Made by a program: the position numbers and the translations under genes. Shown here in pieces: positions 1 through 9,098 of a stretch of DNA of 64,000 bases (position 1 is the stretch's first letter; each line of letters opens with the position of its first letter). Below the pieces are notes generated by a model. It searched no databases. It saw nothing but the letters and a program-made list of their open reading frames with translations, and was not told the DNA's origin. This stretch comes from a virus: positions 32,001-96,000 of IMG/VR virus record IMGVR_UViG_3300031857_000047, one strand, 5' to 3'.

Positions 1-592
1 ATAATGTAGGTGATAGTGCAGTCCAGAACTCTTTGGCTTTTTCTGGTGGTTGCACAAACGCAAACTCGTCACAATAAATTAACGAAAGAGATTTACCACG
101 ACCTGTATTTTCTGTAGTAGTTGTTGCCTGTATACGTGCGCCATTATCATATTCAATGGTGTTTCTATTATAACTGTGTACCCCAGCACGAATAAAGTCG
201 GGCAAGTTTTCATAACCATATCGATAGCGGTTCATAATATCTTGCGCACCTTCATACTTGTGAGCAGCAATTAACACCTGTGCTTCTGGAATAAACATTG
301 TATACCATAATAGATAACCAGTAGCACACGTGGTCTTGCCCATCTGTCTAGGCAACATGGCAATACACTGTTTATTATTGTGATAAGATTCAATTAGACG
401 TTCTTGATATTCATAGGGCTCAAAGGGAATTGAACCTCGAACAGGATGTTGAATTTTTAAAAAGTTTTTACAAAAATACAATGGACCAGTTATAGGATCC
501 ATGCAGGCTTCAAGATGCTTGACTTCCTCTAGGGTATACCTTTGAGGAGCATGAGCTTTCTTAATTAATACGCCATCTAATGATTTTGACAT
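1..592 (-). CDS. gp17: Terminase large subunit, N-terminal ATPase part (runs off the window start)
   Basis: Not in the ORF track. Manual translation from ATG at 592 gives MSKSLDGVLIKKAH...YEYQERLI...AMLPRQMGKTT (Walker A)...GRGKSLSLIYCDEFAFV (Walker B), typical of T4-like TerL. Confidence 0.95.
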   Translation of the reverse strand, partial: MSKSLDGVLIKKAHAPQRYTLEEVKHLEACMDPITGPLYFCKNFLKIQHPVRGSIPFEPYEYQERLIESYHNNKQCIAMLPRQMGKTTCATGYLLWYTMFIPEAQVLIAAHKYEGAQDIMNRYRYGYENLPDFIRAGVHSYNRNTIEYDNGARIQATTTTENTGRGKSLSLIYCDEFAFVQPPEKAKEFWTALSPTL

Positions 593-597
593 AGTGT

Positions 598-603
598 TAT
601 TTA
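598..603 (-). promoter_or_regulatory. T4-type late promoter core TAAATA, 5 nt upstream of the terminase ATG
   Basis: TATTTA on + strand; the motif recurs upstream of many structural genes in this window. Confidence 0.7.
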
Positions 604-606
604 CAT

Positions 607-634
607 AAAAAAAGCACCCCGAAGGATGCTTTTT
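607..634 (-). terminator. Rho-independent terminator
   Basis: Minus strand GCATCC-TTCG-GGGTGC followed by T7; C(UUCG)G loop typical of T4-like phages. Confidence 0.85.
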
Positions 635-652
635 GGTATTGCTGTAAACTAA

Positions 653-1570
653 TTATTTTTTCAAACGGCCGTCTTTTTCAGCAGACTTCAACATGGCTGC
701 ACGATCTGCATAGCTACCACGCTTGACATCTTTGGCAGCATCTTTTTCACCTTGTGTAGGATTCTTAACATGCTTTAAAGGGTCAAACTTAGCTTCTGCT
801 AAACGAGCACGTAGTTCTTCTTTGATACTAGCACGTAGTTCTTCTTTGCTTTCGTAAGCGCCAGCAGCCATAGGATTGTCGCCACGATATGGTTTACCGC
901 TAAAACTTTTCTTTGGCTTGTTTAAGTCGTCGCCGTCTGGAATAGCAGCATCCATGCCGCGATATTCTTGATCTGGTGCGTCAGTAGGAGCATTACCAAA
1001 TGCTTCTTCCTTGTCTTTCTTGCCATCTTTTTCGTCGTCTTTTTCCATGTCGTGATCGTCCATGTCATGATCGCCGTCGCCGTCACGATCGCCCATAGAC
1101 TTTTGAATAGAGTCAATGCCTTTATCGTCACGGTCTAGATCACCCATTGGAGGCATATTGTCTGCATCCATGTCACTAGGACCACCCATGTTATCTGCAT
1201 CAGGTTCACTGTGAGGTTCTTTTTTGTCTAAGTCAGGCAACATTTTTAATGGACCTGAATCTAGATTGCCTAGATCACCTATACCTGGCATTGGTGGTTT
1301 GATACTCATAATACTAGGTTCTGCACTAATTGGAGGCATCGCCATTGGTGCTGGTTGATTAATCATGTCTGGATTGACTTTGGTCATCAACTTCATTAAT
1401 TCAGCAATGTTGTCCATGCCCTGTGCATTGAGGTTCACGCTCATGCTTGGAGGCGGCTCATCTGGTTTAGAAGGAATAGTTGGAGCAGGCATTCCCATAG
1501 GATCTCCGCAAGCTTCTACTGCTGGTTGGTCAAGCTCGCGCATTCTTTGCATTAATTCATTGAAATTCAT
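653..1570 (-). CDS. Low-complexity Pro/Met/Asp-rich protein, probable internal head/prohead-core protein
   Basis: 305 aa, acidic and disordered-looking, with L-x-E sites (RLAE) of the gp21 cleavage type and a DxDxDG loop; lies in the packaging cluster. Confidence 0.5.
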   Translation of the reverse strand: MNFNELMQRMRELDQPAVEACGDPMGMPAPTIPSKPDEPPPSMSVNLNAQGMDNIAELMKLMTKVNPDMINQPAPMAMPPISAEPSIMSIKPPMPGIGDLGNLDSGPLKMLPDLDKKEPHSEPDADNMGGPSDMDADNMPPMGDLDRDDKGIDSIQKSMGDRDGDGDHDMDDHDMEKDDEKDGKKDKEEAFGNAPTDAPDQEYRGMDAAIPDGDDLNKPKKSFSGKPYRGDNPMAAGAYESKEELRASIKEELRARLAEAKFDPLKHVKNPTQGEKDAAKDVKRGSYADRAAMLKSAEKDGRLKK

Positions 1571-1571
1571 A

Positions 1572-2132
1572 TTAACTCCCTAAGGCGCTTTTTACGCCTG
1601 TCTTATCAGTTTTGGCCTTAGGCAGTTTATACTCTGACTGACCGTTGTCTTTCTTTTGTTGTTTAGCAACTTTGCTTAAATCTTTTAAGAAGCTCTTGTT
1701 AAAGTCATCTCCAAAGAAATCTTTGTGTTTGACATTAGCGGCTTCCTTATACTGACTGTCTGTTAATAACCCGTCAGCGTTTAAAATTTCTGTTTCACCT
1801 TGATCAGTTTCGGAAGATTCGTTGCTGCCTCTTACTCTAAAACAAGTTTCATCTAAGCCCATGCTCTTGATATCACTACTGATTTCAGGACCTGTAATTG
1901 GGTATTCGCAAGCAACTTCAAATACGTGAACTTCACAGTTCTTCATGGTTGGAAAATCCATGGGCACTGCCTGGATTGGTGTTGTACTGATTTTTTCCAT
2001 TTTCATAACTTTACATCTTTCTAGAGATGTTTTCAAGTTTGATTGGAAATCTTCGGGCAAATCACCAGCAACTTTAATCTTAAAGCTGTATGATTTTTTA
2101 CCCTCGGCAAGATATTCTTTGAAAGTTTTCAT
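1572..2132 (-). CDS. Putative capsid-internal protein with a T4 capsid-targeting-like N-terminus
   Basis: Starts MKTFKEYLAE, resembling the T4 IPIII capsid targeting sequence MKTYQEFIAE; late promoter at 2138-2143. Confidence 0.55.
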   Translation of the reverse strand: MKTFKEYLAEGKKSYSFKIKVAGDLPEDFQSNLKTSLERCKVMKMEKISTTPIQAVPMDFPTMKNCEVHVFEVACEYPITGPEISSDIKSMGLDETCFRVRGSNESSETDQGETEILNADGLLTDSQYKEAANVKHKDFFGDDFNKSFLKDLSKVAKQQKKDNGQSEYKLPKAKTDKTGVKSALGS

Positions 2133-2140
2133 AGTAGTAT

Positions 2141-2623
2141 TTATGCTTTTCCGCTTAATTTTTTAATAAGATCGTTTCGATCAGTTATTACGTAGCCAAC
2201 ACCGTTAAGAACATCATTTGGATCTTCGTTATTGTCTTTATCTATCTTGTACTTTTTAAGCTGTAGATCTACAGCCTTTAGTTTTTTTTCAATCTTATTG
2301 GTTTTTGCAGTAATTGCATGTCCAAGCATTGAACTTGCAACTTCAAAAATTCGACTGCTATATCGTACTTCTACATTCATACCCAGATCCATTAGATCGT
2401 CATAGGCTTGTTCGGCTTTTGAAGCTAGATTTTCTAACTCGTTATCATCTAGATCGTCAAGCTCTTTGATCTGTGGCAGTCCGCGAGTAATTTCAGCTAC
2501 CGCTTTGTAGCTATCGTCTAGGCTGCGTACTTCAGTATGGTCAACTTTTACTTCTGGAACAACTTCTTCCTTTGCAGGTTTTGATTCTTCCAAATTAAAA
2601 AGCTCTTCTAATTTTTTAGTCAT
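2141..2623 (-). CDS. gp16: Probable terminase small subunit
   Basis: 160-aa helical protein; SRIFEVASSML...KIEKKLK resembles the PRAYEVAGQL...LQKKLK core of T4-like TerS; close to TerL. Confidence 0.6.
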   Translation of the reverse strand: MTKKLEELFNLEESKPAKEEVVPEVKVDHTEVRSLDDSYKAVAEITRGLPQIKELDDLDDNELENLASKAEQAYDDLMDLGMNVEVRYSSRIFEVASSMLGHAITAKTNKIEKKLKAVDLQLKKYKIDKDNNEDPNDVLNGVGYVITDRNDLIKKLSGKA

Positions 2624-2630
2624 ACTTTAC

Positions 2631-3071
2631 TTATTTCCGTTTGGAGCCTTGGTGAAAAATATCACCTTCGTTTACGATTCTAAATCGAATACCTTGTTGT
2701 TTGCACCATGCTTGTGCAGCTTCCCATTTTGCCATATTCTTAACATACTGTTGTTGATTGTATTGACTCTTTCCTACATTTTCCAACCGTGTTTGACTCA
2801 ATGGTTTTACTTCAATGACCTCTGCATGTTTTTTACCGTTCTTGTCTACGTATACAATAAAAAAATCAGGAACATATATTGTATATTTTCCTGTTAATGG
2901 ATCTCTGTATGGAATCTGTATGCTTTCACTAGCCCAGCTCTGTACACCCTGATGTTCGTCTAACATCTTCATGAAAATAAACTCCCAACTGCTACGAGCC
3001 AGTGGTTGTTTCTTTCCTACATATTTGTCGGCATTCTTAACTTCGAAACGCCCTTGTGCAAATTTAGCCAT
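2631..3071 (-). CDS. gp4: Head completion nuclease (TnsA-like PD-(D/E)xK)
   Basis: RSSWE, WASE, IPY, YVPDF, IEVKP and N.AKWEAA..WC...G..F motifs of the T4 gp4 family. Confidence 0.9.
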   Translation of the reverse strand: MAKFAQGRFEVKNADKYVGKKQPLARSSWEFIFMKMLDEHQGVQSWASESIQIPYRDPLTGKYTIYVPDFFIVYVDKNGKKHAEVIEVKPLSQTRLENVGKSQYNQQQYVKNMAKWEAAQAWCKQQGIRFRIVNEGDIFHQGSKRK

Positions 3072-3436
3072 TATGCAAAAATATTTCTAGTTTGATTTAG
3101 TTTTTCAAATATATCAACTCGATAGCCTAATGTGCTGGTAGATGATCTGTTATTGTTAAGTATTTCAGCAACAACGGCACTAATTTGAACTCCGTTGAAT
3201 GTTTTTAATGTGTCAATGATTTTAAAAACAGGAGTACCGTCAACTTTTGCTTGTTTTAATAATACTTGAGCAGTTAGTGTTGCGGCATCGTCATCAAACC
3301 CTCTGCTTTGAAAAAAAGCAATTGCCGCAGTTACTTCATTGGCACTAAATTCTAAAGGCTGCTGACCATATTGATCAAAAAATAATTTTGTGCCGGCTGC
3401 ACTATCTTGTTTTACTGGTATTGGTAAACTAGGCAT
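3071..3436 (-). CDS. Hypothetical virion-associated protein
   Basis: 121-aa ORF translationally coupled (TAATG overlaps) to both neighbours. Confidence 0.6.
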   Translation of the reverse strand: MPSLPIPVKQDSAAGTKLFFDQYGQQPLEFSANEVTAAIAFFQSRGFDDDAATLTAQVLLKQAKVDGTPVFKIIDTLKTFNGVQISAVVAEILNNNRSSTSTLGYRVDIFEKLNQTRNIFA

Positions 3437-4539
3437 TATAAAAATTCTCCAAGGTCTTGGACGGGAGGTACTATTGATCGTTGTGTGGCTGGAGTATTGT
3501 CGATATTTCCAGAATTTTTAGGCAATACTAATCCTACTATTCCGCCAACACTACCTATAATTCCACTAATCGCTGCCGGACTACTTAAAACATTAATAGC
3601 TTCGTTCCGTAAACTTGCACCAGATAGTTTTCCAATATTCTTTGCGGTGTTCACTGCTTTTATGGCTGTCCCTAAAAATCCACCCACACTGCCAAATGCT
3701 GATCCGCCTGCAACGTCCCCGAATATACCTTCTAAACCATCTAGTACTCCGCCTTCACCTAATAGATTTCCTACGCCGCCACCTGCTACAGTCAACGGGC
3801 TAGGTACATTATCATAATAAAGATTGGCAAAGCCTTTGGGTGTGTCACGTGAAACATTTCCAGAACCGTAAACAACCGATTCGTATTCTATATTCATTGA
3901 CATCTCATTAAACTCATTTGCCGAATAACCAGCATCACCGTGCTGCCAACTTGTTATTTTTGGATTGATTAGTTTATAACTTAAAAAACGTCTTCGACTC
4001 ATAGTAAATATGGTAATAGAGTCAAAGAAGTCTACTGTTTTTCCTTGTCTGTCTAGGCTGTATCTAAAACCTTCAAATGCTGTTCCTGATGCCTGTAGGT
4101 TAGTTTTTGAAAATGCAGCTTCTGGATTATGTCGATCCTGTACATATGATCCCATATACAATGCCCATAACGCATTTATAACGCCAGCGGTATCGTCATG
4201 AAATTTCATGCTGATGCCTTCATAACTGAAGTTTTTATAAATTATGTGTTTTCTATTGTATTGATTTTTAGTGACTGTTTCAAATTTATACTTGGGTAGA
4301 TCTGTACTTTTTATCAAATAGCCAATTTCATCAGCATGAGTGTTTGTAAATGTTGCAGATGTTAACACGCTCTTGTTAATTTCAAATTTCACATAGAACA
4401 TGAACTTGCTACGAGGCATCATCCTGTAGCCGTTTTCTACAAACAATCTGCTAGCATGGCGCCAGCTGGCTAGGCCACCTTTAGGTGTTAGTAGGCCGTC
4501 TCCGACACCACCAAGAAATCTTGTGAATACATTTGACAT
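3436..4539 (-). CDS. Tail-tube-like baseplate/tube initiator (gp54/gp48-like)
   Basis: Tube-fold motifs (DLPKY.F......QYNR, ISMKFHDD, LINPKIT, MNIEYE) and a Gly-rich C-terminus; directly follows the tube gene. Confidence 0.65.
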   Translation of the reverse strand: MSNVFTRFLGGVGDGLLTPKGGLASWRHASRLFVENGYRMMPRSKFMFYVKFEINKSVLTSATFTNTHADEIGYLIKSTDLPKYKFETVTKNQYNRKHIIYKNFSYEGISMKFHDDTAGVINALWALYMGSYVQDRHNPEAAFSKTNLQASGTAFEGFRYSLDRQGKTVDFFDSITIFTMSRRRFLSYKLINPKITSWQHGDAGYSANEFNEMSMNIEYESVVYGSGNVSRDTPKGFANLYYDNVPSPLTVAGGGVGNLLGEGGVLDGLEGIFGDVAGGSAFGSVGGFLGTAIKAVNTAKNIGKLSGASLRNEAINVLSSPAAISGIIGSVGGIVGLVLPKNSGNIDNTPATQRSIVPPVQDLGEFL

Positions 4540-4555
4540 ACAATTATTTAGTCGT

Positions 4556-4586
4556 AAAAAAACCTGGAGTTTAATCCAGGTTTTTT
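4556..4586. terminator. Rho-independent terminator after the tail tube gene (bidirectional form)
   Basis: A7-CCTGGA-GTTTAA-TCCAGG-T6. Confidence 0.85.
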
Positions 4587-4600
4587 AATAGTTAAAACTA

Positions 4601-5233
4601 TTAACCGCGACCAGTTACTGATTCGCCAATAGTTCTTCCAACCAGTGCTCCGATACCACGCTCTGGGCCTGTACCGTTTGCACCTGCAAACTGAACAGCA
4701 TTATCACACTTGATGGTTAGTGCTATAGACATTGGTTCGTTTGTTCCGTAGTTAGCTTCACCGTAGTTTACTTCAGAAACAAAACAACCATAAATTTCCC
4801 ATTTTTCAAGGATGTTTGGTTCCAATGTTCCGTTGCCACCATCTAACATTTCGATGTTCATTTGGAATTTATAATCAATACCAGAACGTGCAGAAGCCTG
4901 TTCCATGAAATCGTATTGTTTCTGGATCTGTTGTCCAACAATCTTTTGCACCTGTCCGTTAGCATCATCACGAAGATTCAATGTAAAATCGCCCCACGAT
5001 GGTTTACCAGCAAGTTTGACCTTTGAGTTGTAGATCTCAATTGTCATTTCTTCAAAAGTTACTGTTGGTCTAGTAACGTCAGAAACTTGTTTTGTTAATT
5101 CTGTACTAGCTTCAACACCAAAACCTAGCAATAGCACCCTAAAGCGATATTTTAGTTTTGGCATCAGCAGCGCAGTGCCGCTGTTGCCGTTTGAAGTAGG
5201 AACCGAAATTCTATTTAAGGAAGTTAGTGCCAT
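4601..5233 (-). CDS. gp19: Tail tube protein
   Basis: PKLKYRFRV, RPTVTFEE, KLAGKPSW, WEIYGCF and ALTIKCDNA motifs; directly downstream of the sheath gene. Confidence 0.9.
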   Translation of the reverse strand: MALTSLNRISVPTSNGNSGTALLMPKLKYRFRVLLLGFGVEASTELTKQVSDVTRPTVTFEEMTIEIYNSKVKLAGKPSWGDFTLNLRDDANGQVQKIVGQQIQKQYDFMEQASARSGIDYKFQMNIEMLDGGNGTLEPNILEKWEIYGCFVSEVNYGEANYGTNEPMSIALTIKCDNAVQFAGANGTGPERGIGALVGRTIGESVTGRG

Positions 5234-5235
5234 TT

Positions 5236-8200
5236 TTAAATTTCTCCTGTATTCTTAATACGCAATGGAATGTAAATAAATTCTACCGCTTTTACTGGCT
5301 CAATAGCAATATCTACCCATAGCTCGTTGCGATCGACTCTTGCATTTGTGTTATTAGACTCGTCGCAAACTACTGCGAAGTCATATAGAGCACGTAAGCC
5401 TACCAACTCGATCAATAGACTCTCAACAGCGCCTTTAATCTCGTCTCGTGTAATCTTGTCATTTGGTTCAAAGATATAAGGACGAGCAAGTTTAGTCAAC
5501 TGACTACGTAGATATACTGTTAAACGTGCTACGTTAATACGATCTAATGCTGATGCATTTCTTGCACGAGTCTTTTGACCGTACGCAACTAGACCAACTC
5601 CAACAAAGAATGGAATTGGATTAACTTTTAGATCATACAATGTATCGCGTTGACCTTCGTTCAATGCCACTGACTGGAATTCACCAGTTGCTGCATCAAT
5701 GTAGCCAACGCCTGTTGCATTGGTAATACCACCACGTCTTGTACCTGCTGGTGCAAACCATGGATAGCTAACTTGGTCGCTTAGAGCGATTGTACGCAAC
5801 ATCATGTGTGTTGCTGGAACAACTGCGTTAGCACCGCCCAAGTCTGTGGTAAATCCGTTTGGATACCAAACTGCTGAATACTCGTCATAGCTAACAATAC
5901 CTGTATCACCGTTGTCTAGTGCTCCGTTAGCATTAGTGCCCCAAGCTGTTAGGCTTGTTGCATCCGATGGTAATCGTAATGGTGTATCACCTAGAACAAA
6001 CGCTGTCATGCCGCGATCTAAGTTCAAGTTGATCAAGTTGCTGTATGCTTCTGGATATCCAGGGCAAGCAATTAGGTTAAAGTTTCTACGCTCTTCGTCA
6101 CGGATTTCTGAACTTGTATCGATAACGCTCTTTAGTTTTTGTACAACTAGAGCACGTTGAGCTTTACGACCAAATGATCCTGAACCGTCTTCGTTATTTG
6201 GAGAAGCTGTAATCCAACGATCAGTTGCATAAGCACTTTGTCCGTCACCAATTACTGGACTATTGCCGGCATCGTTATAAAATGCTTCGTAGCGGACGTT
6301 CTTAGCTGCTGTATCGATGTAGCTGTTAGCATAACGTTTAACGTTGCCACCACTTCTACGTAGGTTCCATAACAACATACCTTTTGGATATAGTGCTGGA
6401 TCTGGACAGTCAAAGTCTACATAGTTACTGCTTAACAAGTCTTTAATCGTTGCTGCTGTATTACCGGTTGCACCACTTGCACCATAACGTGCATCGGCAA
6501 ATAGAACACCGTCTTCTGTAGTTTGATCTGTTTTGTCAACTAAAACCCATTCTAAATTTAATCCATCATAGCGATAGATAGTTGGAAAGTTTTCTAAATC
6601 TGCTGTACTAATCCAAAGATCGCCGTTGGCTAAATTACTGCCGCCACTTTGTTTTGTTGGCTCGCTGGCTGCAACAATAGGACCATTAACATCAGTTCCT
6701 GTATAAGGACTTGATGCATCTTTGTATCCAACCCAAATTTCGCCGTTGTGGACCATCATGTCAACTTGATCAAACGCTGGGTTATACCACAATTGACCAT
6801 CTTGTGGTTCTGCCAACGGAGTGGATGCTGTAGCATTATAATCGTCGGCAGCTAACGGAATCCAGTTAGTTGCTACAAAAGTTTCTGTTGCTCCAGTACC
6901 TACTGCATATAAATTTTGTGTACCGTCACCTGTGTCGATATCATATGCTGCAAATACACTAGTAATTGGATTAAAGGTACCGTCTGTGAAGCGCATATCA
7001 CCACCTTGTTTGTGATAAATTTGTACTTCGTTATCGGCAGTAACCGCAGCTTCAACATTTGTTAGTCCGGCTGCATTAATTTCAGTTGCTAGTGTTTCAG
7101 CATCAGTAGAATTTCCAAGAGCTGAGAAAGAAACAGTGACAGGAGCATATGCAGGAGTAGGCAATGCGCCATTTGATGTTCCTAATGTTACTCTACCTTT
7201 TAATGATTCTGCAATCGTAAACGTGTTTTGACCAACGCTAAATGTTCCGGAACCAATGACATCGGAAGTAATTACAGTATTTCCTGTAGTTGCTCTCTTC
7301 CATAGTCTAAAGGATGTAGTTTCTGGAGTAGCATCGATAGAAGAATTTTCAGTGCTATTACTTTGAACAAACAGGCTGTTTGCAGCGATTCCAACGCCTC
7401 CACCACTACGATCTAAGTAGTAAAGGGCTGCATGTGTGCTAGAATAGATAGGAGCTGAATATTCAACCCATGTCTTAGTTGCTGCATTCCAACGCTTGAC
7501 AATCCAACGAGCACCATAGTTAGGCTCAGTTGTTTTGATCCATACAGAACCTGTAGGGCGTGGCTTAGTGTTTGTTGATTTCCACTCCGGAACACTTGTG
7601 TGTGGAGTTTGTTGCAATGCTGGACTGAAATAAGTACCAATTGCTAGACCTAACTCAGTTAGTGCTGTTGCAGAATTTGTACCACCACCTGCAATAATAA
7701 TAGCATCTGAATTTGTTGAATCATCAGATGCTGATAAATTACCGCTATCAGAATGCAAATATAATCTGTTATTGCTTACGACTGCTTGAACACCGTCTAC
7801 TGCTAATGTAATATTGTTAGCTAATGTTGTAAGATTTGAAACAACAGTTATCAGTGTGCCGTTAATATAAAAAGTATTAGAAGGTGTTAATGTGCCAACA
7901 GTAGTTGCTCCGCTGACTGTAGGATGGCTTTGTGCCCAGTCGTTGCTACCAACTTCTACCCAGGTGTCGCCGCCTAACAATGTAGTGTTTCTCTTGTAAT
8001 AAATTACAACTGGCTCTTTAAACAAGCTAAATCCAGCTTCGCCGGTATTGCCGATAGTTTGTGCAACCACCGCATAATCACCAATGGAGCCTACTGAATC
8101 TTTTGGTTTCCGTGTGCCTGAATCAATTTTTACTGTATCGTCATCAGTTAATACCAATGGAGTTTTTACTGCAAACTTCTGGCCGCCTGTTGTGGTAGCT

Positions 8201-8658
8201 GCTGCGCCATTCCACTCTTGGATACCCCAGGATGTTGCTCTTGTATCAAACCACCATGCGCCATCTGCTGGCTCTGCTCCCGGGGCGGTTGTTTGACCTT
8301 CAAGTTCGTCTAGATTGACATCAGCACGAACAATGAATGCTGCGTTAGATACACCCAAGAAGCTATATGCTGCTAGTAAACCATATTCGTTTCTTTCGCC
8401 ACCATGTATAGGGCTCGAAGACGCTGTCTTCTCAAAGAAAGGAACACCGTAAGTGTCAACAAGTTCTCGTTGACTAGTGATCTTAAATGCTTTGCCGGTG
8501 TTAGCCGGTGTTGTTCCTGCGGCAGTACCTGTACCTGCTGCATTAGATTTGTTTTCTGCGGTTGCAATTACAATAAGAGGAGTCGTACCAGGTTCTGCTG
8601 GTGTGTAAAAACTCTCATCAATTACTGTAACTTGTACGCCGGGTGATATTAGTGCCAT
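5236..8658 (-). CDS. gp18: Tail sheath protein (enlarged, 1140 aa)
   Basis: N-terminal LISPGVQVTVIDES; C-terminal PWFAPAGTRRG, LYDLKVNPI, GQKT, ALDRINVARL, FEPND, PVKAVEFIYIP. Confidence 0.95.
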   Translation of the reverse strand: MALISPGVQVTVIDESFYTPAEPGTTPLIVIATAENKSNAAGTGTAAGTTPANTGKAFKITSQRELVDTYGVPFFEKTASSSPIHGGERNEYGLLAAYSFLGVSNAAFIVRADVNLDELEGQTTAPGAEPADGAWWFDTRATSWGIQEWNGAAATTTGGQKFAVKTPLVLTDDDTVKIDSGTRKPKDSVGSIGDYAVVAQTIGNTGEAGFSLFKEPVVIYYKRNTTLLGGDTWVEVGSNDWAQSHPTVSGATTVGTLTPSNTFYINGTLITVVSNLTTLANNITLAVDGVQAVVSNNRLYLHSDSGNLSASDDSTNSDAIIIAGGGTNSATALTELGLAIGTYFSPALQQTPHTSVPEWKSTNTKPRPTGSVWIKTTEPNYGARWIVKRWNAATKTWVEYSAPIYSSTHAALYYLDRSGGGVGIAANSLFVQSNSTENSSIDATPETTSFRLWKRATTGNTVITSDVIGSGTFSVGQNTFTIAESLKGRVTLGTSNGALPTPAYAPVTVSFSALGNSTDAETLATEINAAGLTNVEAAVTADNEVQIYHKQGGDMRFTDGTFNPITSVFAAYDIDTGDGTQNLYAVGTGATETFVATNWIPLAADDYNATASTPLAEPQDGQLWYNPAFDQVDMMVHNGEIWVGYKDASSPYTGTDVNGPIVAASEPTKQSGGSNLANGDLWISTADLENFPTIYRYDGLNLEWVLVDKTDQTTEDGVLFADARYGASGATGNTAATIKDLLSSNYVDFDCPDPALYPKGMLLWNLRRSGGNVKRYANSYIDTAAKNVRYEAFYNDAGNSPVIGDGQSAYATDRWITASPNNEDGSGSFGRKAQRALVVQKLKSVIDTSSEIRDEERRNFNLIACPGYPEAYSNLINLNLDRGMTAFVLGDTPLRLPSDATSLTAWGTNANGALDNGDTGIVSYDEYSAVWYPNGFTTDLGGANAVVPATHMMLRTIALSDQVSYPWFAPAGTRRGGITNATGVGYIDAATGEFQSVALNEGQRDTLYDLKVNPIPFFVGVGLVAYGQKTRARNASALDRINVARLTVYLRSQLTKLARPYIFEPNDKITRDEIKGAVESLLIELVGLRALYDFAVVCDESNNTNARVDRNELWVDIAIEPVKAVEFIYIPLRIKNTGEI

Positions 8659-8689
8659 TCCCTATTCTCCTGGTAATAGTTGCTCATAT

Positions 8690-8695
8690 TATTTA
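8690..8695 (-). promoter_or_regulatory. Late promoter for the sheath-tube operon
   Basis: TAAATA about 30 nt upstream of ATG, with an AGGAGA Shine-Dalgarno site in between. Confidence 0.7.
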
Positions 8696-8762
8696 GCGGT
8701 ATCCGCTAAAATTGGTACGTTATACCTAGAAGAAAAGGGGTTGAAAAGGTGTAAATAGATAT

Positions 8763-9098
8763 ATGAGACCACTTTGTAGGTGCGGACAACGACCCCGTGC
8801 TGTTAATTATAAAAAGAATGACAAGATTTACTATCGTAGTCTATGTGAAATCTGCATGTCGCACGGAGTTAATCATGGAATACCCCGCTGGGCTAGAGCA
8901 GGGTATAGGATAAAATCACAATGTGATAAATGCGGTTTTAAATCAATGCATTCTGAAGTTTTTAGAGTATTTCACGTTGACGGTGATCTCAACAATTGTA
9001 GGCACAGCAATCTAAAAACTGTCTGTGTCAACTGTGCTACTGTGTTAGGCAAGGACGGAATAATGTGGCGGCAAGGGGATCTCGTCGCCGATTACTAG
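8763..9098 (+). CDS. Zn-finger/HNH-like protein
   Basis: CxC, CxxC and CxxC motifs plus HVDGDLNN...NLKTVCVNC; own TAAATA at 8752-8757. Confidence 0.7.
   Translation: MRPLCRCGQRPRAVNYKKNDKIYYRSLCEICMSHGVNHGIPRWARAGYRIKSQCDKCGFKSMHSEVFRVFHVDGDLNNCRHSNLKTVCVNCATVLGKDGIMWRQGDLVADY

Noticed and set aside
1-592. Intein or intron in the terminase, portal or capsid genes
   Set aside because: The visible TerL segment runs uninterrupted from Walker A to Walker B. The portal and MCP have normal lengths and continuous motifs.
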